Shown here in pieces: positions 22,386 to 27,297 of a stretch of 27,297 nucleotides of DNA. The notes beneath the pieces were generated by a model that made no database searches, was not told the origin of the DNA, and saw only the letters and a list, made by a program, of their open reading frames with translations. The position numbers were made by a program, and so were the translations under genes. Every line of letters begins with the position of its first letter. Within the stretch, counting starts at the first letter, position 1. Origin of the DNA: Ginkgo biloba (lineage: Eukaryota; Plantae; Ginkgophyta); assembly GCA_024626585.2 (NCBI GenBank), contig JANKJI020000002.1, positions 269,160,956-269,188,252 on the forward strand, written 5' to 3'.

Positions 22386-24726
22386 ATTGGAAAATCATAA
22401 ATCCTTAAGTATATTAGGCTCCTTTAAAATAAATTACACTTCTTCAAATTCATATATAGATTCTCCTTCCAAATAATATCAAACACCTATCTCAAGTGAT
22501 CCAAATGTTCTCCTCTTGACTTGCTAGAAATTGGATTGTCATCCAAATAAATAATGATACTCTTATCAATGAGAAACTTTAGGATTATGTTCATTAATCT
22601 CATAAATGTGATTGTCACATTCGTTAATCTGAATGGAATAACTCTCCAATCATACAACCCATCTCTCATTTGGAAAGATATTTTCCACTCATCTCCTTCT
22701 TGGATTCTAATTTAGTAGTATCTTCTCCTCAGATCCACCTTTAAAAAGTATGAAGAACCTACTAAGATATCCATCACATCATGCATTCATGGCATTGGAA
22801 ACCCATAATTGATGATTACCTTTTTTATGGCTCATGAATCCACACACATGCGTCACATCCCATCATTCTTTGATGTGAGTANNNNNNNNNNNNNNNNCAA
22901 CTATTAATGATCAACTTGCACAACTTACCTTCAAATTTTTATTTAGTTCTAAAAATATTTTTTCTCTATTCCAACTTGTTCGCTTCCTTTGGGCCATTCA
23001 CTAGACCTTCTATACATCATTCACTCCACTCTTATTGGTCATTCACCCAACCTCCTTGGTCATTTGATGAAATACCTTGATTGTTTATTGAACTCTTTTG
23101 GTCATTTCTATCATCCTTTGGTCATTTTCTTGTCACTCCTTNNNNNNNNNNNNNNNNNNNNNNNNNNNNNNNNNNNTAACATTTTTTCAGCCATAAAGTT
23201 TTTTATTTTTTTGAAGTAGATGGTTTAGCCTTCACTTCCTCTTAATCCAAATTTGATATTAGTTCCTCTCTCCTTGATCTTTCATCATTTCTTATAGGGA
23301 ATTGAAATGCTCTATGGCTTTCAACTCTGTAAATGAGATAAACCACATGTCTTTTGGACACATTGAACCTCCCATCAATTCCTCATCCTCTTTATGATAT
23401 GAATTCACCTCATCCTTAGGTATATTATACAACATGCTCACCTCTTTGTCTTGGTGGAAAATAATACCTTCAAGTTGTAGTCCATTCACTATTGGAGTTA
23501 CCTTCTCTACTCTAAGTCCTAGTTCCTCCTCTCCACTTCTAAACTAAGGATTCTATCCCCTTTGTGACTATACTTTTCCTTGTACTTTGATCCAATTTTT
23601 CTTTCATCTTCATGACTAATTGGTATTCTTCTTTCACTATATTCATCTATTGCATGGTAATTTTATCCTGAATGGAAAAGCTCAACCCATTCACATATCT
23701 CATTTTCATCTTCTTCTTATTCTCCTCATGTCCATTCCTTATGGAAAATTTACAAAAATCATCCGTTTACCCTTACATACTCTTTTCTATCTTCTTCAAG
23801 TTTTAAATTTCTTAGAATAACCTTTATTCATAATTTATAGGTAAGAATTTACCCTTAATTTTAGCCACCATTTTGTACTAATTCTTGATTTTGTCCTTAC
23901 TGTTTCTCACCCTATCCTTCTACAAATTCTCCCATAATATAACTACATGTCCTTTCATCCTTATGTATGCAAACTTTACTCACTTAGGGTCCTCCAACTC
24001 TTCCCACTTGAAGTACTTCTCCATAACCCCAATCTAATCCAACAACTATTTAAGCTTTAAACTCCCTCCAAAATCTAGAAATTCCATCTTTGTTCCACCT
24101 TTCTTATTCTTCAATAGTTCCAATAATAATTCTCCCACATCTTTTTTCCTCTATTACTCTCTCTATTTCTCTTCTTCTTCTTCCTCTAATTCTAATTCAT
24201 ATTTCTTTTCAGGCCTATGTCTTTAGGTTTTTTCTCCAATTCCTTAATTCACCTCCTTAGGGATTCAATTTATCTATTAGTTTTTCTTGCTCCTTTATAT
24301 ACTCTTAATGCCATTCCTTGAATGTTCTCCTTACTACAACCAACAATTTAACAAGCCTTCTTGGACTTCCTTAAAATAATTCCATAATGAGCCAACCTAA
24401 GTTTTGATACTAGATGACATAGTTAGAAGAGGTGATAGACCTTAGGGAGGGGATGAATCACTCATCCAATGTAAAATATTCAACAAAACACCCTTGCAGG
24501 AAATTTTAGAGCATACAATAATAGATGACACTTTTTATTAAAATCTAAAACTCACACAAGCTTAAATTACAAGACTTATAAAATATCTTATGAAGGGGAT
24601 TTATATTACATGGCACAACTACCCCATAGGTATTTACATACAAGAAGTAAAGTTACAAGGATTTAAAGTTATTAGAGGAAAACCCCTAATACATAGAGGG
24701 GAATTCCTTTTCGATTCTTTGTTCAT
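22386..24726 (-). mobile_element. Decayed Ty3/gypsy retrotransposon, CRM-like chromovirus: LTR - PBS - gag - RT
   Basis: On the minus strand: LTR-end CA at 24415-24416; decayed Met PBS TAGTATCAAAAC (24401-24412); gag LLD*IGVMEKYFKWEE...VKFAYIRMKGH...KGKFLP...RYVNGLSFSIQD (~24100-23590); RT KNDGM*RMCVDS*AI...IRIQEGDEWK...DGLYDWRVIPFRLTN..TFMRLMN...YLDD...NLKKC (22880-22386). CVDSRAI and FMRLMN are typical of CRM-clade RT. Confidence 0.88.
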
Positions 24727-27297
24727 NNNNNNNNNNNNNNNNNNNNNNNNNNNNNNNNNNNNNNNNNNNNNNNNNNNNNNNNNNNNNNNNNNNNNNNNNN
24801 NNNNNNNNNNNNNNNNNNNNNNNNNNGCCATGGATCAATATTTTCTTATACTTCATCACTTCACATTAATAGTTTTTGTATGTTCACCTTAATTTTATAA
24901 AATAATTACATAGATAAGTCCATATGATTGAGTGAGTATTATTATTTATTATATTAGATAATTGTTGGAATAGTAATTCCTATAAAATATGTATTAGGGT
25001 TTATTTTTTCATAATTGAATAATAATTCTTTTAATTACATAACTAAGTTCTATGATTTCTCTTTGGAAATTGGTTTATTAAATCGTAAAATCTAAGTGGA
25101 ACTTTGAGAGAATAATTCATCCTTAGTAGATTCTTAGATTACCATGGCCTAAGTTTTAAATTTTATGATTCAAAATTTTTTCATGTATGATGAAGAAGGA
25201 TTTCAAAATATTTCATTTTAGCATGACTAGTCAGCCTTTAGGAAAAGGCACTATGGTGGATAGGAAAACCCATAATGACACATAATAAAATGTGTATTTA
25301 ATCTAGGGAAAGGTTCAACACATACCATAAAATGTTCAATTCATCCTACAATTGAACTTGAGAGTTAATTTTTGGCCTAGATCAGCGAGTTTCTCAATTG
25401 TAAACCATATTGTCACATTCTTAAGGTTCAATTCAACATTCAATAGATGTAAGAATAATCCATTTGGTATAAAATACTTTTACAGGTGACTCTTAGAGAA
25501 TAATTCACACTTTTACAAAGCTACTTCAATTTTTGTTAAAAATTACTTCTCCAACACCATGCCAATTAGCATAAGAGATTTCTTTCAAGTTCTAATTTTT
25601 TCTATATTGCCAACACAAATTGAATTTATTTTTTTATCTTCCTTTTCTCTTTGGTTCTTATATATTTATGTATTTTCATACTTTATGAAATTTTTATGTA
25701 AAATAACAAACCTATAAATACTCCACCATCACCTACTTATTAAAGGAAGTAGAATTATTAAAGCATCAGGTTGTTACTCTTACAAAAAATCTTGAGGCTA
25801 TGAGTTACAATACTTCTAGTGGGGGTTCCTCTTTAATGACATCTTATCTTTTGGATTGAAAGGAATTGATCAAGATCAACACCTATATTTATATAGTACC
25901 ATTTGATGGTTCTATTAATGCTAAGAAGGTATATGATTAGATTTATGATCTCNNNNNNNNNNNNNNNNNNNNNNNNNNNNNNNNNNNNNNNNNNNNNNNN
26001 NNNNNNNNNNNNNNNNNNNNNNNNNNNNNNNNNNNNNNNNNNNNNNNNNNNNNNNNNNNNNNNNNNNNNNNNNNNNNNNNNNNNNNNNNNNNNNNNNNNN
26101 NNNNNNNNNNNNNNNNNNNNNNNNNNNNNNNNNNNNNNNNNNNNNNNNNNNNNNNNNNNNNNNNNNNNNNNNNNNNNNNNNNNNNNNNNNNNNNNNNNNN
26201 NNNNNNNNNNNNNNNNNNNNNNNNNNNNNNNNNNNNNNNNNNNNNNNNNNNNNNNNNNNNNNNNNNNNNNNNNNNNNNNNNNNNNNNNNNNNNNNNNATA
26301 AGAGTTGGATATAATTTTGATTATGATCCCAAATAGAACTTACAACTTTGTATTGAATATTAACAAGAAATTAAAGAAGACTTTATTACAAGATAAAGGA
26401 CCATCTAGTTCATTTAATGGTACAAATAAAAATAAGGGTTCTTATTTTTCTTAATAATTCTCTTTATTTCTCTCAAAGGGAGAGAAATAATAAGATTTTA
26501 TAAAGAATAAGTATGGGCCTATTGACCAAACTAAATTTTTTAATGCCACCAGTGACATGGGCACACCGATGATGAGTTTTTGAGAATACCAAGAATAAGG
26601 GAATACATATTAAGAATATGATGGTGTGTTAGGAATAAGAGAACATGTTTGACATTGAATGGAAATTAAGATGGATAGATCATTATACCTAACTAACACA
26701 AGTACTACTATCTCTCTACCATGCTACAAGTATCTTCTTATTCAATAAGTACATATGAAGTAGTGCCTGATGAAAGTCATTCTTGATAATGGAAGAANNN
26801 NNNNNNNNNNNNNNNNNNNNNNNNNNNNNNNNNNNNNNNNNNNNNNNNNNNNNNNNNNNNNNNNNNNATCTTAGACAAGTGACTACTAGTAGGCTACATA
26901 GCCTTGTGAATAATGTATCATAAAATTTAGGGGTTTTAATTACAAAAGCCATATTTTTATAACGAGAGGTTGCATGTGGCTCTCAAATTAACATTTTGGG
27001 TATATTAGGTCATTGAATCAATAATCACACCTCATCATACAACTCATGTATTCTTTTTTAGTTATTAATAAAAAGTGTCATTTGTTGGTTATTGCAGGTC
27101 CATTCTGCAACTACTTTTCTCTGATCCTCTAAAAAATCTCAAAATTTGTCATCACCCCATCATAATCGATATGGATCCATTTTAATTAATTAATCAACCT
27201 ATTTTTCCCTCATTTTATCCTTTCCTATTTTTTTTGGGTAGTGAGGCCCATACTGCTTATTTTCACTAAATGTTATTTTTTAGCACACCTTCTTACA

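Larger units (their letters stand above)
220..26867. other. Assembly gaps (N-runs)
   Basis: Exactly-100-N gaps at 1751, 4027, 12057, 19350, 21073, 22286 and 24727 suggest unknown-size placeholders. Other runs have variable, apparently estimated sizes (for example 29 N at 7143 and 773 N at 15178). Confidence 0.95.

Noticed and set aside
25400-26720. Faint copia-like scraps (VFYT.GL..HLLNV on the minus strand; CHQ*HGHTDDE on the plus strand), with similar traces near 770-800 and 18715-18820
   Set aside because: Isolated, very degenerate motifs without supporting neighbouring domains; not enough to call features.

Overview
AT-rich, CpG-depleted land-plant nuclear DNA from a gappy short-read scaffold (about 22 N-runs, seven exactly 100 N). 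The style suggests a large-genome lineage such as a gymnosperm, but the taxon cannot be fixed from this window. Two recognisable genes lie on the + strand. One is an apparently intronless QALGGH-type C2H2 zinc-finger/EAR repressor (7067-8218, ZAT/DAZ1-like). The other is an intact first coding exon of the chloroplast NDH subunit gene PnsB1/NDF1 (12159-12650). No intact downstream PnsB1 exon is present in the next 14.6 kb. Instead, by-eye translation finds two heavily decayed, collinear relics of the PnsB1 3' coding region, one before (about 11045-11570) and one after (about 13337-13975) the intact exon. A ~108-nt hairpin in intron 1 has a partial second copy just upstream of the exon. The rest is mostly decayed transposons: two minus-strand Ty3/gypsy relics (one CRM-like), smaller gag/RT/LTR scraps, and a well-defined Ac/Ds-like hAT MITE (16841-17117) with an 8-bp TSD. 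Protein comparisons are to family sequences recalled from memory, not to database searches.
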